Below the pieces are notes generated by a model, which did not search any database, was not told the DNA's origin, and worked only from the letters and a program-made list of their open reading frames with translations. Both the position numbers and the translations under genes were made by a program. DNA of 32,000 bases from Desulfobulbus propionicus DSM 2032 (GTDB taxonomy: Bacteria > Desulfobacterota > Desulfobulbia > Desulfobulbales > Desulfobulbaceae): positions 1,170,001 through 1,202,000 of the forward strand of contig NC_014972.1 of assembly GCF_000186885.1 (NCBI RefSeq). The letters run 5' to 3'. Shown here piece after piece: positions 1 through 11,885 of the stretch. Every line of letters starts with the position of its first letter. The first letter of the stretch is position 1.

Positions 1-197
1 TTCTCGTGGCCCGGCACATCGACGATGCCGATGCGATGACCGCAGGGCAGATCGAGGTAGGCAAAGCCCAGCTCGATGGTGATGCCGCGCTCCTTTTCCT
101 CCTTGAGCCGGTCGGTCTCGATGCCGGTCAGGGCGCGGATCAGGCTGGTCTTGCCGTGATCGACGTGGCCGGCGGTGCCGAGAATAATTTCACGCAT
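1..197 (-). CDS. selB: Selenocysteine-specific translation elongation factor SelB, N-terminal fragment (runs off window)
   Basis: Reverse complement from ATG at 197 reads [65 protein letters not shown]: P-loop [10 protein letters not shown], switch [11 protein letters not shown] and DVPGHE of SelB GTPases. Not in the supplied ORF list because it is truncated. Confidence 0.88.
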   Translation of the reverse strand, partial: MREIILGTAGHVDHGKTSLIRALTGIETDRLKEEKERGITIELGFAYLDLPCGHRIGIVDVPGHE

Positions 198-239
198 GAA
201 CGGACGGAACGGGGAACGCTGCCGTGGCCCGGGAGTGGG

Positions 240-872
240 CTAGAGCTCAAGATAGGGGTTGGTCCGCAGTTCGCGGGCCAGGGTGGACTGCGACCCGCCA
301 TACCCATGGCCGGGCCAGACCAGGGTCTCCGGCGGCAGGGGCATCAGACGGTTCTTGATGGCGTCGATCATCTGGCGTATGGAGCCCCCGGGAAAATCGG
401 TGCGGCCGACCGCGCCGACAAAGAGGGTGTCGCCGGTGAAACAATGCGGCGGGCTATAGAGGCAGATGCCGCCCGGGGTGTGACCCGGCGTATGGATCAC
501 CTGCAATTGCTCCTGGCCCACGGTGATCAGGTCGCCGTCGTGAACGACGATGTCGACCGGCGGCGACTCGGGCAGGCCGAGAGAGGAAAAATAGTCACGG
601 ATGCGGGGATCGCCGAAATAGTCCACGTCCTCGGCGTGCATGACGATCTTGGCGCCGGTGGCCTGCTGGATGCGGCCGTTGCCGCACACGTGGTCTGGAT
701 GGCCGTGGGTGTTGATGATATGGGTGACCCGCAGGCCATGGCTGGTGCAATAGTCGAGGATGCGGTCCTCGTCGCCGCCGGGGTCGATGACCGCGGCCTC
801 TTTGGTCTGGTCGCAGGAAACGATGTAACAGCAGACCCCCATCATGCCGACGGTGAGTTGTTTGACAAGCAT
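240..872 (-). CDS. MBL-fold metallo-hydrolase (glyoxalase II-like)
   Basis: ORF MLVKQLTVGMMGVCCYIV...; THGHPDHVCG (THxHxDH), HTPGHTPGGICLY, GDTLFVGAVGRTDFPGG, VWPGHG motifs. Confidence 0.92.
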   Translation of the reverse strand: MLVKQLTVGMMGVCCYIVSCDQTKEAAVIDPGGDEDRILDYCTSHGLRVTHIINTHGHPDHVCGNGRIQQATGAKIVMHAEDVDYFGDPRIRDYFSSLGLPESPPVDIVVHDGDLITVGQEQLQVIHTPGHTPGGICLYSPPHCFTGDTLFVGAVGRTDFPGGSIRQMIDAIKNRLMPLPPETLVWPGHGYGGSQSTLARELRTNPYLEL

Positions 873-941
873 AAACCTGATCCTCTGCGGTGGTTCCGGC
901 GGCCGGATCGGGGTTCGGCCGCCGGAAGGTTGAATGGGCTA

Positions 942-1886
942 TTATTTGAGGGAGGTGCCGCAACCGCCGGAGCTGCAAGCACAGCCACCGGCAAAGGGGT
1001 TGACCGTCACCGGACCGGGCGGAAGGCGCTGCTCGACCGCGGACACGACCGCGTCAAAGGCCTTGATTGCGGGGCTGTCCTCCTCGCCGGACAGATAGGG
1101 GGTGCCGGTGTCGCCGGCCATGACCACCCGGGGATCCATGGGCACCCGGCCAAGAAAGGGCAGGTCGAAGTCGCGCGCGGTCTGCTCGCCGCCGCCCTTG
1201 CTGAAAATATCCACGGTTTCGCCGCAGTGGGGACAGACAAAGCCGGACATGTTCTCGACCACGCCGACGATCGGCATCTCCACCGCCTTGCAGAAGTTGA
1301 TCGACTTGCGCACATCGGCCAGGGCCACGGCCTGCGGAGTGGTGACCACCACCGCATGGACGCCGGGCATGGTCTGAGCCACGCTCAGCGGTTCGTCGCC
1401 GGTGCCGGGGGGCGCATCGACGATCAGATAGTCCAGTTCGCCCCAGTCCATGTCGGCGATAAACTGGCGGATGGCCTGAATTTTCAGCGGGCCGCGCCAG
1501 ATGACGGCGTCGTCGCGGTTCTTCATCATGTATTCCAGGCTGACCACCTTGAGGTTGTCGCTGTACTTGAGCGGCGGGATCAGGTCGTCGGGGTTGGCCG
1601 GCGCTTCCAGTGAGCCGGTGAGGTTGAGCATCCGGCAGACGTCCGGTCCGTGCAGGTCGACATCCATCAGGCCGACCTTGTGGCCCTTTTTGGCGAGACA
1701 CAGGGCCAGGTTGACGGCCACGGTCGATTTGCCAACCCCGCCCTTGCCGCTCATCACCAGAATTTTATTCTTGATTCTGCCCAAGGATCGGGTAATGGCG
1801 ATATCCTGCTGGGCCAGCCGTGCGTCGGCTGAACTGCAACTGCTTTGTTGACCGCTCCCGCAGGAGCTACCACACGAACTGCTCAT
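942..1886 (-). CDS. Mrp/NBP35-family iron-sulfur cluster carrier ATPase
   Basis: MSGKGGVGKSTVAVNLA deviant Walker A, LIVDAPPGTGDEPL, VVTTPQ, GVVENMSGFVCPHCG (CxxC); Cys-rich N- and C-terminal tails. Confidence 0.93.
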   Translation of the reverse strand: MSSSCGSSCGSGQQSSCSSADARLAQQDIAITRSLGRIKNKILVMSGKGGVGKSTVAVNLALCLAKKGHKVGLMDVDLHGPDVCRMLNLTGSLEAPANPDDLIPPLKYSDNLKVVSLEYMMKNRDDAVIWRGPLKIQAIRQFIADMDWGELDYLIVDAPPGTGDEPLSVAQTMPGVHAVVVTTPQAVALADVRKSINFCKAVEMPIVGVVENMSGFVCPHCGETVDIFSKGGGEQTARDFDLPFLGRVPMDPRVVMAGDTGTPYLSGEEDSPAIKAFDAVVSAVEQRLPPGPVTVNPFAGGCACSSGGCGTSLK

Positions 1887-2170
1887 CTATTGCCTCCAAC
1901 GATAAAAATGGTGGTGAAGAAAAAAGGGGGGAAATCGCGGTGCGCATCGCCCAATGGATTGTGTGTGCTTTCTCCAACAGGTTGCCGAAGGGCAAACGGT
2001 TCGAGCGGAAATCACAACCTCCGCGTTTGTTCCGCACAAGACGGGCAAGGGAACAAGTGGTCGAGCTCATCATGATTCGGCGCTATACATTAATGATGGC
2101 GAGTTGAAAAGCAAATAAAAAAACAAACCGTTCCCGGCCGGGGCCTGCCTCCGGTCGCCCTGTGTTTTTC

Positions 2171-2199
2171 TTGATTTGTAATTGCCGGAAAAGTTATAG
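2171..2199 (+). promoter_or_regulatory. Possible sigma70-type promoter upstream of hsp20-lon-ftsY
   Basis: TTGATT (2171-2176), 17-bp spacer, TTATAG (2194-2199); pattern match only. Confidence 0.35.
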
Positions 2200-2369
2200 T
2201 GCTTACTTGTATCGCATTGCCTCCCCGGCGGGAGACAGCGGTCGCGCTCGTCGCTGTCCGCGTGGCACGACGCGACCCGGATGCGGGCGTTTGTATCACC
2301 TGCGCGGCACAACCACCGCGTATTGAACCAGATGATTTCCGGAATGAGGCGCAAGGCAGGGAGGAACTG

Positions 2370-2813
2370 ATGGATCCGTTCAGCAGAAAATTGTTGGAGG
2401 AGCTCGAGCAGATGCAGCAGCACACGGGACGCATCCTGCGATCCATGTCGTTGTCACGGATGATGCCGATGGAATCCGACGGCTGGCAACCGGCCGTGGA
2501 TATCTATGAGGCCGAGAACCATATCTACGTCTACGCCGAACTGGCGGGTGTGGTCGGCGATTCCCTGCGGGTGACGGTGGACGGGCAGCAGCTTCGCATC
2601 AGCGGCTCGCGCCAACTGCCGCCGCACCAGTCGATCGCCTGCATCCACCAGCTCGAAATCGAGCTGGGCACCTTCCAGCGCACCCTCACCCTGCCGTCCG
2701 CCGTCGAGCTCGAAGGGGTCGAATCGACCTATACCAATGGCATACTTGTGGTGACCCTGCCGAAACGGATAAGGAAGGGTAAGGTGACGATCAGGATTAC
2801 ACCTGGAGAATGA
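2370..2813 (+). CDS. Hsp20/alpha-crystallin family small heat shock protein
   Basis: ATG at 2370 preceded by GGGAGG; MDPFSRKLLEELEQMQQ...; alpha-crystallin core VDIYEAENHIYVYAELAGVVGDSLRVTVDGQQLRISG...; ends ILVVTLPKRIRKGKVTIRI. Confidence 0.92.
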   Translation: MDPFSRKLLEELEQMQQHTGRILRSMSLSRMMPMESDGWQPAVDIYEAENHIYVYAELAGVVGDSLRVTVDGQQLRISGSRQLPPHQSIACIHQLEIELGTFQRTLTLPSAVELEGVESTYTNGILVVTLPKRIRKGKVTIRITPGE

Positions 2814-2814
2814 T

Positions 2815-5192
<2,378 letters not shown>

Positions 5193-5193
<1 letters not shown>

Positions 5194-6971
5194 TGCTGGG
5201 CTGGTTCAAGAAAAAATTCGGCAAAAAGCCGGCCGAGCCGGAAGCGGTCGAACCGGAAGCGGTTGCCTCTGAACCGATGCTGGAAGCGACTGAGGAGGTC
5301 GTTGTCCATGCGGTTGTCCCTGAACCGGCGGTTTTAGAACCGATCGTCGAAGAGCCGATCATCGAACAGTCGGCGGTTCCTCCGATTGTTGTCGAGGAGG
5401 AAGCACCTGTTGCGGCAACCACGGAGCCCGCGGTCCTTGCCGTGCCTGATGATGTGGTCGAGCCGGAACCGGCGGTTTCTCCCGACGAAGAGATCGTCGT
5501 GGAGATGGTCGCGGCGGCAACGGAAGGAGGGGAGCCGTCTGTGGTCGAGGAATCGGTTCCAGAGCCGGTTGTCCTTCCCGCAGATCTGGAGATGGTCCCA
5601 GAGGTGGAAGCGGCGGAAGAACAGCCCGAGAGCATTGACCTTGCTCCGACGGTCGCCGAAATTGAGGTGGTGGAAGCGGACTCAGCCTTGGCTGAGGAGC
5701 GGGAACCGGCTCCGGAGGCCGTTGTCGCGGCCGTCATCGAAGAACCGCAGTCGCCCGCAACGGAAAGTCCGGCTGCCTCGGCGGTCGAAATGCCGGAGGA
5801 GGCTGCTTTCGAGGGAGAGCCGGAAGCGGATGTCTCCACCATCGAGGAGGAGCGGGCAACGGATCGTGAATCGGAAACGGCGGCCGTCGCGCAGGAGGCC
5901 ATGCCGCCGGAGACGATGGGCGAGCACGACGAAGCGACCGAACAGGCCGACACGGCCGTTGAACCTGAACCAGCATCCGTCGAGCCCATTGTTCCGGCGG
6001 CGCCGCTTGTGGGCAGAACCCAGCAGAAGCCGGCGAACAAGTCGTTGTTCAAGCGGCTGCAGGAGCGGCTGGGCAAGACCAGGGACGCCTTCATCTATCG
6101 TCTGGACAGCCTTTTCCTCGGCAAGAAAGAGATCGACCAGGATCTGTTCGAACAACTGGAGGAGATCCTTATCACCGCCGATCTGGGCGTAGCCACCACC
6201 CTGGAACTCATCGATGGAGCCCGGAAAAAGGTCAAGCGCGACCAATTGAGCGATCCCCAGGCCCTGAAAGCCATCATTCGTGACCAGATCCTTGCCTACA
6301 TCGAGGCCTCGGAGCAGCCGGCCGAGCTGGTGATGCCCGAGGAGGGGCCTTTTGTCATCATGGTGGTCGGCGTCAATGGCGTGGGCAAGACCACCACCAT
6401 CGGCAAGATCGCCGCCAAATTCGTCCGCGCAGGGCAATCGGTGCTGCTGGTGGCTGGCGACACCTTCCGCGCCGCGGCCATCAACCAGCTGCGCATTTGG
6501 GGTGAGCGGGTCGGAGTCGAGGTGATTGCCCAGAAGCCCGGAGCCGATCCTTCGTCCGTGGTTTTTGACGGGCTGGAATATGGAACAAGCCATAACTACG
6601 ACGTCATCCTCATCGATACCGCCGGCCGTCTGCACACCAGCGTCAACCTGATGGAGGAGTTGAAGAAGATCAAGCGGGTCATCGGCAAGAAACTGCCAGG
6701 CGCGCCGCACGAAGTGATGCTGGTGCTGGACGCCACCACCGGCCAGAATGGCATTTCCCAGGCCAAGCTCTTCCACGAGGCGGTGGGGGTCACCGGCCTG
6801 ACGTTGACCAAACTCGACGGCACGGCCAAGGGCGGGATTGTGGCCAATGTCTGCCGGGAAACCAAGACCCCGGTCCGGTTCATTGGCATTGGCGAGCAGA
6901 TCGATGATCTGCGCGATTTCGATGCCCGCGAGTTCGTCGAAGCCCTTTTTGCCGGGCGGGCGGAGGGATAG
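5193..6971 (+). CDS. ftsY: Signal recognition particle receptor FtsY with long acidic N-terminal region
   Basis: [70 protein letters not shown] motifs of the NG domain. ATG overlaps lon stop codon (TGATG). Confidence 0.97.
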
Positions 6972-7130
6972 GCCCGTCGTCCGAGGCAGTTGAACCTGGT
7001 AGGGCCAGAGAACGACGGGCATGGCTGAAAGCCTCTCACCGTGCGCAGGCCGGATGTCCCCAAACGCATCTCTCACCCTTAAAACCACGAATGGTCTGTC
7101 GCACTAACCAGCGACGGACTCCTCCGATAC
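6972..7130 (+). ncRNA. Candidate structured intergenic RNA (possibly 6S-like; unproven)
   Basis: About 165-nt gap between ftsY stop and the next ATG. Contains CCGTCG (6973 region) / CGACGG (3' side) complementarity, hairpins GGCTgaaAGCC, ACCAcgaaTGGT, GTCGCactaaccaGCGAC, and a CCCTTAAAACC stretch reminiscent of the 6S RNA CCUUAAAAC motif. No covariance search possible. Confidence 0.3.
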
Positions 7131-7139
7131 TCGTAACAA

Positions 7140-7979
7140 ATGGAATACCGACAACATAATCAACCCGGCTGCGGCGGCTGCCTGTTGCTGCTTGCCCTGC
7201 TGGCCCTGGTCACCGGCGGCGCGCCGGCCCTGCTTAACCTATTGGGGTTCCTCTTTTATTCCGGTCTGGCCGGCCTGTTGCTGCTCATTGGCGCCTTCTG
7301 GGCCTTCAGCTACTACATTCAACGCCGGGTTTCGACCTACGAGGCCTCGCAGACCGAAAGTCACAACCGCTTTGTTTTCCTCTTGGTCAACATCCTGGTC
7401 AAGATTGCCCAGGCCGACGGCCATTTCACCCGGGCGGAACTCAATGCCATCCTTAATTTTTTCCAACTTCATCTCCGCTACAACCAGGATCAGATGTACT
7501 GGGTCAAGCAGTTGGTCAAGGAGGCCAGGAACAATCCGACCGAGCTGCGCAGCCTGTTGGAGGAGTTCCGCACCAGTTTTGCCTACGAGCCGCGCCTGAT
7601 CCTGCTGGAGCTGATTTACCAGATCATCTATACCAAGCAGCCGCCTCCGGAAAACGAGTTGCGTTTGGCCCGCGAGATCGCCCAATTGCTGGAGATTTCG
7701 ACCTACGATCAGCGGACCATCGAAGCCAAGTACATGTACCGCCAGCGGCAGGAGGCCACCAGCGCCGCCAGTCTGGAAGAGCAGTACTACGCGGTCCTTG
7801 GCCTGGAACAGGGGGCTGATTTCGCCGAGATCAAGAAGGCCTACCGCAAGCTGTCGATGCAGTACCATCCGGACAAGGTGGGCCATCTGGGCGAGGAATT
7901 CAAGAAGGTCGCCGAGGAGAAGATGAAGGAAATCAATGTGGCCTACGGGTATTTTGAAAAGAAATTCGCCGGCAGATAA
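7140..7979 (+). CDS. TerB-like/DnaJ-domain (DjlA-like) membrane co-chaperone
   Basis: N-terminal TM helices ([30 protein letters not shown]), TerB-like middle ([18 protein letters not shown]), C-terminal J domain [32 protein letters not shown] with HPD. Confidence 0.88.
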   Translation: MEYRQHNQPGCGGCLLLLALLALVTGGAPALLNLLGFLFYSGLAGLLLLIGAFWAFSYYIQRRVSTYEASQTESHNRFVFLLVNILVKIAQADGHFTRAELNAILNFFQLHLRYNQDQMYWVKQLVKEARNNPTELRSLLEEFRTSFAYEPRLILLELIYQIIYTKQPPPENELRLAREIAQLLEISTYDQRTIEAKYMYRQRQEATSAASLEEQYYAVLGLEQGADFAEIKKAYRKLSMQYHPDKVGHLGEEFKKVAEEKMKEINVAYGYFEKKFAGR

Positions 7980-8054
7980 GGCCTGGAGACAGGCCGTTTG
8001 GCCGAAGACGAACAAGCGATAGTCGACCAACCCAAACAAGTGAGAGGACATGCA

Positions 8055-9239
8055 ATGAGCGGTGTAGCCAAGAAGATGCGGACGTTTGCGGAAAATTCCT
8101 CCTGGATCCGGAAGATGTTCGAGGAAGGGGCGAAAATGAAGGCGCAGTTTGGCGCGGACAAGGTGTTCGACTTTAGCATCGGCAATCCCGACGTACCGCC
8201 ACCGGCCAAGTTTTATACCGTGCTGCGCGAACTAGCGCAGGACGAGCAACCCGGCATCCATGGCTACATGCCCAACGCCGGCTATCCGTTTGTCCGCGAG
8301 GCCCTGGCCAAGCGGCTCGGTCCGGAGCAGGGCGTCACTCTGGGAGCCGGTGACATCCTCATGACCTGTGGAGCCGCCGGCGGCCTGAACATCCTTTTCA
8401 AGGCACTGCTCGACCCCGGCGACGAAGTGATCATCCTCTCGCCCTTTTTTGTCGAATACCATTTTTATATCGACAACCATGGCGGGGTGGCCAAGATCGT
8501 GCCCACGGACAAGGAATTCAACCTCGATCTGGCGGCCATCGAGGCGGCCTTGAACGAGAAAACCAAGATCGTGCTGATCAACAGCCCCAACAATCCCACG
8601 GGCCAGATTTACTCCGCCGATGCCCTCAACCAGCTGGGGCAGATGCTCGAACAAGCCGGCAAGCGGTTCGGCACCACCATCTATCTGGTGTCCGACGAGC
8701 CCTACCGCAACATCGTGTTTGACGGCCATCAGGTACCGCCGCTGATGCCCGCCACCACCAATGCCATCCTGGCGTCGTCCTATTCCAAGGAGCTGTCCCT
8801 GCCGGGTGAGCGCATTGGGTATCTGGTGGTGCATCCGCAGATGCACGACAAGGAGGCGGTGATCGGAGCGCTGACGCTGGCCAACCGCATCCTCGGTTTT
8901 GTCAATGCGCCGGCCCTGATGCAGCGGGCGGTGATGCAGCTGCAGGATGTGTCCGCCGACAACTCCATCTATGCCCGGCGGCTCGACGCCTTCTGCCAGG
9001 TGCTCGACCAGGCCGGCATGACCTATGTCCGGCCCAAGGGCGCCTTTTATCTGTTCCCGCAAACGCCGATCGACGATGTCGAGTTCTGCAAGCTGCTGGC
9101 CGAGCAAAAGATTCTTGCCGTGCCCGGCCGGGGCTTCGGCCTGCCGGGATACATCCGGCTTGCCTTTTGCGTCGATGAAAAGGTGATCGCCGCTTCGGCG
9201 CCAGGCTTCAAAAAAGCGATGGAGTTGGCGAGGAAGTAA
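8055..9239 (+). CDS. Pyridoxal phosphate-dependent aminotransferase (aspartate aminotransferase superfamily, class I/II)
   Basis: ATG at 8055; FSIGNPDVPPP, GYMPNAGYPFVREALA, LINSPNNPTGQIYS, VSDEPYRNI, SSYSKELSLPGERIGY (PLP lysine), RLAFCVDEKVI. Confidence 0.93.
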   Translation: MSGVAKKMRTFAENSSWIRKMFEEGAKMKAQFGADKVFDFSIGNPDVPPPAKFYTVLRELAQDEQPGIHGYMPNAGYPFVREALAKRLGPEQGVTLGAGDILMTCGAAGGLNILFKALLDPGDEVIILSPFFVEYHFYIDNHGGVAKIVPTDKEFNLDLAAIEAALNEKTKIVLINSPNNPTGQIYSADALNQLGQMLEQAGKRFGTTIYLVSDEPYRNIVFDGHQVPPLMPATTNAILASSYSKELSLPGERIGYLVVHPQMHDKEAVIGALTLANRILGFVNAPALMQRAVMQLQDVSADNSIYARRLDAFCQVLDQAGMTYVRPKGAFYLFPQTPIDDVEFCKLLAEQKILAVPGRGFGLPGYIRLAFCVDEKVIAASAPGFKKAMELARK

Positions 9240-9261
9240 GGAACTGGGATGACGTTTTGAT

Positions 9262-9286
9262 CGTCCCCTGCTCCAGCGTGGGGACG
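9262..9286. repeat. REP-like palindromic hairpin (single copy in window)
   Basis: CGTCCCC (9262-9268) TGCTCCAGCGT GGGGACG (9280-9286); resembles the widespread CGTTCCCACGCTCCAGCGTGGGAACG palindrome family. Confidence 0.5.
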
Positions 9287-9459
9287 CAGCCCTGGCCGCT
9301 CCCGCGTTTCCCTGGCAAGCAGATGACCCAAAACCAGGTTGGCGCGCTTGGTGCTGACCAAGCCACCTTGTATTGATTCGCCTGTACCTTCAAGACGATG
9401 CTTTTTTCTTGGAGGATACAGGACACCTTGAAAGCGCATTGGATTCGTTCGACGCACCG

Positions 9460-9505
9460 CAACAAAAAGGGGTGCCCTCCGGCAGGAAGGCGCCCCTTTT
9501 TGTTG
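9460..9505. terminator. Bidirectional Rho-independent terminator between convergent aminotransferase and glmM genes
   Basis: CAACAAAAAGGGGTGCC / GGCGCCCCTTTTTGTTG: 17-bp inverted repeat (one G-U pair) with T tract in both directions. Confidence 0.93.
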
Positions 9506-9535
9506 CTTCGGAGCCATCAGGTCCAGCCCTGTTGG

Positions 9536-10888
9536 TTACCCCCGATCCGCCTTGCGGATCACCTCGCATAGGTCGTGGGCAATGGCGGTGATCTCCTGTT
9601 CGTCCTCGCCTTCGGTCATTACTCGGATGACCGGCTCGGTGCCCGAGGCCCGCACCAGGATACGGCCCCGGCCCTCCAACTTGCGTTCCGCCTTGTCGAG
9701 AGCCTCGGGAAAGCCGGGAATATGCTCGGGCGGAATCCGGGTGGCCATGCGCACGTTCTGCAACACCTGGGGGAAGGTGGCCATGATCGTGGCCAGCTCG
9801 GACAGCGGCTTGTTCTTCTTGATCATGATCGCCAGCAGTTGCAGGGCCGCCAGGGTGCCGTCGCCGGTGGTGTTGTGGTCGAGAAACACCAGGTGGCCGG
9901 ACTGCTCGCCGCCGAAGTTGTACCCCTTGGCCCGCATGGCCTCGACCACGTAGCGGTCGCCCACCTGAGTGCGCACCAACTGCCCGCCCATGGACTTGAT
10001 CGCCTGCTCCAGCCCCATGTTGCTCATCACCGTGGCCACCAGGGTCTTTTTCTTCAACTTGCGGCGGTGCATCAGGTCAGCCGCGCAGATGGCCATGATG
10101 TGATCGCCGTCGACGATGGTGCCGTGCTCGTCGCAGACAATCAGCCGGTCGCCGTCCCCATCCAGGGCCAAGCCGATATCCGCGCCCAACTGCTTGACCT
10201 TGGCGGCCATAACCTCCGGGTGCAGGGCCCCGCATTCATGGTTGATGTTCTTGCCGTCGGGATCGACGCCGATGGCGGTCACCCGCGCCCCCAATTCGGT
10301 GAACACATGGGGAGCAACCTTGTAGGTGGCGCCGTGGGCGCAGTCAAGGACGATATGGAAATCATCCAGCACGTAATCCCTGGGAAAGGTGTTTTTCAGG
10401 TAGACAATGTAGCGGCCGCCCGCGTCCTCGATGCGCGAGGCCTTGCCGATTTCGTCGGCCACCGGCCGGAGCGCGGCCATCTTCTGGGAGAAAATCAGAT
10501 CCTCGATGTCCGCTTCCAGCTCGTCGGGCAGTTTGTAGCCGTCGGCCGAGAAAATCTTGATGCCGTTGTCCTGAAAGGGATTGTGCGAGGCGGAGATGAC
10601 CACACCCGCGTCGGCCCGCATCGAGGTGGTGATGAAGGCGATGCCCGGCGTGGGCAGGGGGCCGACCAGTTGGACGTTGACCCCCATCGAACAGATGCCG
10701 GCGGCCAGGGCATTCTCAATCATGTAGCCGGAGAGCCGTGTATCCTTGCCGATGACGATAGTGTTGCCCTTGACCTGATTCTTGACGATGAAGGCGATGG
10801 CTCGGCCAATCTGCATGGCGATTTCCGAGGTCATGGGGTAGATGTTGGCCACGCCGCGCACGCCGTCTGTTCCAAAGAGTTTTTTCAT
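9536..10888 (-). CDS. glmM: Phosphoglucosamine mutase
   Basis: [30 protein letters not shown]; [19 protein letters not shown] active site; [16 protein letters not shown]; [15 protein letters not shown]. Confidence 0.98.
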   Translation of the reverse strand: MKKLFGTDGVRGVANIYPMTSEIAMQIGRAIAFIVKNQVKGNTIVIGKDTRLSGYMIENALAAGICSMGVNVQLVGPLPTPGIAFITTSMRADAGVVISASHNPFQDNGIKIFSADGYKLPDELEADIEDLIFSQKMAALRPVADEIGKASRIEDAGGRYIVYLKNTFPRDYVLDDFHIVLDCAHGATYKVAPHVFTELGARVTAIGVDPDGKNINHECGALHPEVMAAKVKQLGADIGLALDGDGDRLIVCDEHGTIVDGDHIMAICAADLMHRRKLKKKTLVATVMSNMGLEQAIKSMGGQLVRTQVGDRYVVEAMRAKGYNFGGEQSGHLVFLDHNTTGDGTLAALQLLAIMIKKNKPLSELATIMATFPQVLQNVRMATRIPPEHIPGFPEALDKAERKLEGRGRILVRASGTEPVIRVMTEGEDEQEITAIAHDLCEVIRKADRG

Positions 10889-10946
10889 GTTGTCTTCCTG
10901 TCGAAAAAAAGGGGTGTCCCGTTGATCAATGATGAAATTGAACCGG

Positions 10947-11885
10947 TCAGGGCAGAATCCGCACCGTGTTCGGGGTGATGGTGACGATCACGATGGGTGC
11001 GTGTCCCGGCAGATTGATGCCATGAACCTGCACCGGTAGCTCGTTGTTGGCGCTCTTGGCCGCGGCGTTGACCGAGGCCCGGAACAGCATGACCAGTTCC
11101 GGGGTTGCGTGAACGATCTGTTCCGGGATATCGGCCTCCACGCTCACCGTAGCCGGGGCAAGTTTGCCGGTGGGCAGGTCGCCCGCCTTGATGTTGATCG
11201 GCACGTCGCGCACGACCTTCCGCACCATGATCTCCCTGATCACCACATTGGCCTCGACCACCGTTTCGCCAAGGAGCTTGAGCAGGGCCTCGTTGAGGTC
11301 GAGATGGACTTGAAAGGTGCTTGAGCGGTCGGCGCCCTCAAGGTCGATTGTCGAGGTGCTCAGGGCCTGTTCCTTGTCGACGACGGTCTGCGGCCCGGTG
11401 ACGATGATATGGGCGGGACTGAGGGTCAGGCGTTGCAGCTCGAAACCGGCAGCGGGTTTGCCTTTGGTGACCGGAGTGATGGTCAGGTCTTTGTGGACCA
11501 GCCGGTCCACCAACAGGGTGATGTTGGCCGGTTGAACCCGCTGCACGGCAATGCCCCGGGGCAGGGCAATGGATTCGGGCTCGTTTTTGATGACCAAGGC
11601 CCCCGGGGTGGCTTTTTCCAGGTTGATCGGCAAGGAAATGTTTTGCCGCCGCATCTCCTGGATCAATCGCCGCGGGCCGCTGACCGCCACCTCGATCTCC
11701 TTCTTGTACTGGTTGGCGATCACCAGGTCGGCGGGGAGATTGCGCAATTCCAAGGGGATGGTGACGACCAAGTCCACCCGGTCCTCACCGACCACGAAAT
11801 ACCACAGACTGGCGCCGATGATCAGGGAGAGCAGCTTGAGCAGCCAGTGCCGGGTAAGAACAGTAAGATCAGGCGTCGTGCGCAT
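10947..11885 (-). CDS. cdaR: YbbR-domain protein (CdaR-like regulator of diadenylate cyclase)
   Basis: N-terminal TM helix ([22 protein letters not shown]) followed by tandem YbbR-like repeats ([20 protein letters not shown]...; [16 protein letters not shown]...); between cdaA and glmM. Confidence 0.85.
   Translation of the reverse strand: MRTTPDLTVLTRHWLLKLLSLIIGASLWYFVVGEDRVDLVVTIPLELRNLPADLVIANQYKKEIEVAVSGPRRLIQEMRRQNISLPINLEKATPGALVIKNEPESIALPRGIAVQRVQPANITLLVDRLVHKDLTITPVTKGKPAAGFELQRLTLSPAHIIVTGPQTVVDKEQALSTSTIDLEGADRSSTFQVHLDLNEALLKLLGETVVEANVVIREIMVRKVVRDVPINIKAGDLPTGKLAPATVSVEADIPEQIVHATPELVMLFRASVNAAAKSANNELPVQVHGINLPGHAPIVIVTITPNTVRILP

Noticed and set aside
6-1613. 535-aa plus-strand ORF
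   Set aside because: Antisense to selB, the MBL hydrolase and Mrp, all with clear motifs; long shadow ORFs are expected in GC-rich DNA.
5260-6060. Repetitive E/V/P/A codons in ftsY as a possible CRISPR or tandem DNA repeat
   Set aside because: No fixed repeat unit or spacer structure; this is protein low complexity.
5682-7088. 468-aa minus-strand ORF
   Set aside because: Shadow of ftsY, no recognisable domain.
9047-9517. 156-aa minus-strand ORF spanning the aminotransferase end and terminator
   Set aside because: Begins inside the terminator hairpin and overlaps a confident CDS.
9575-10978. 467-aa plus-strand ORF
   Set aside because: Antisense to glmM, no recognisable domain.
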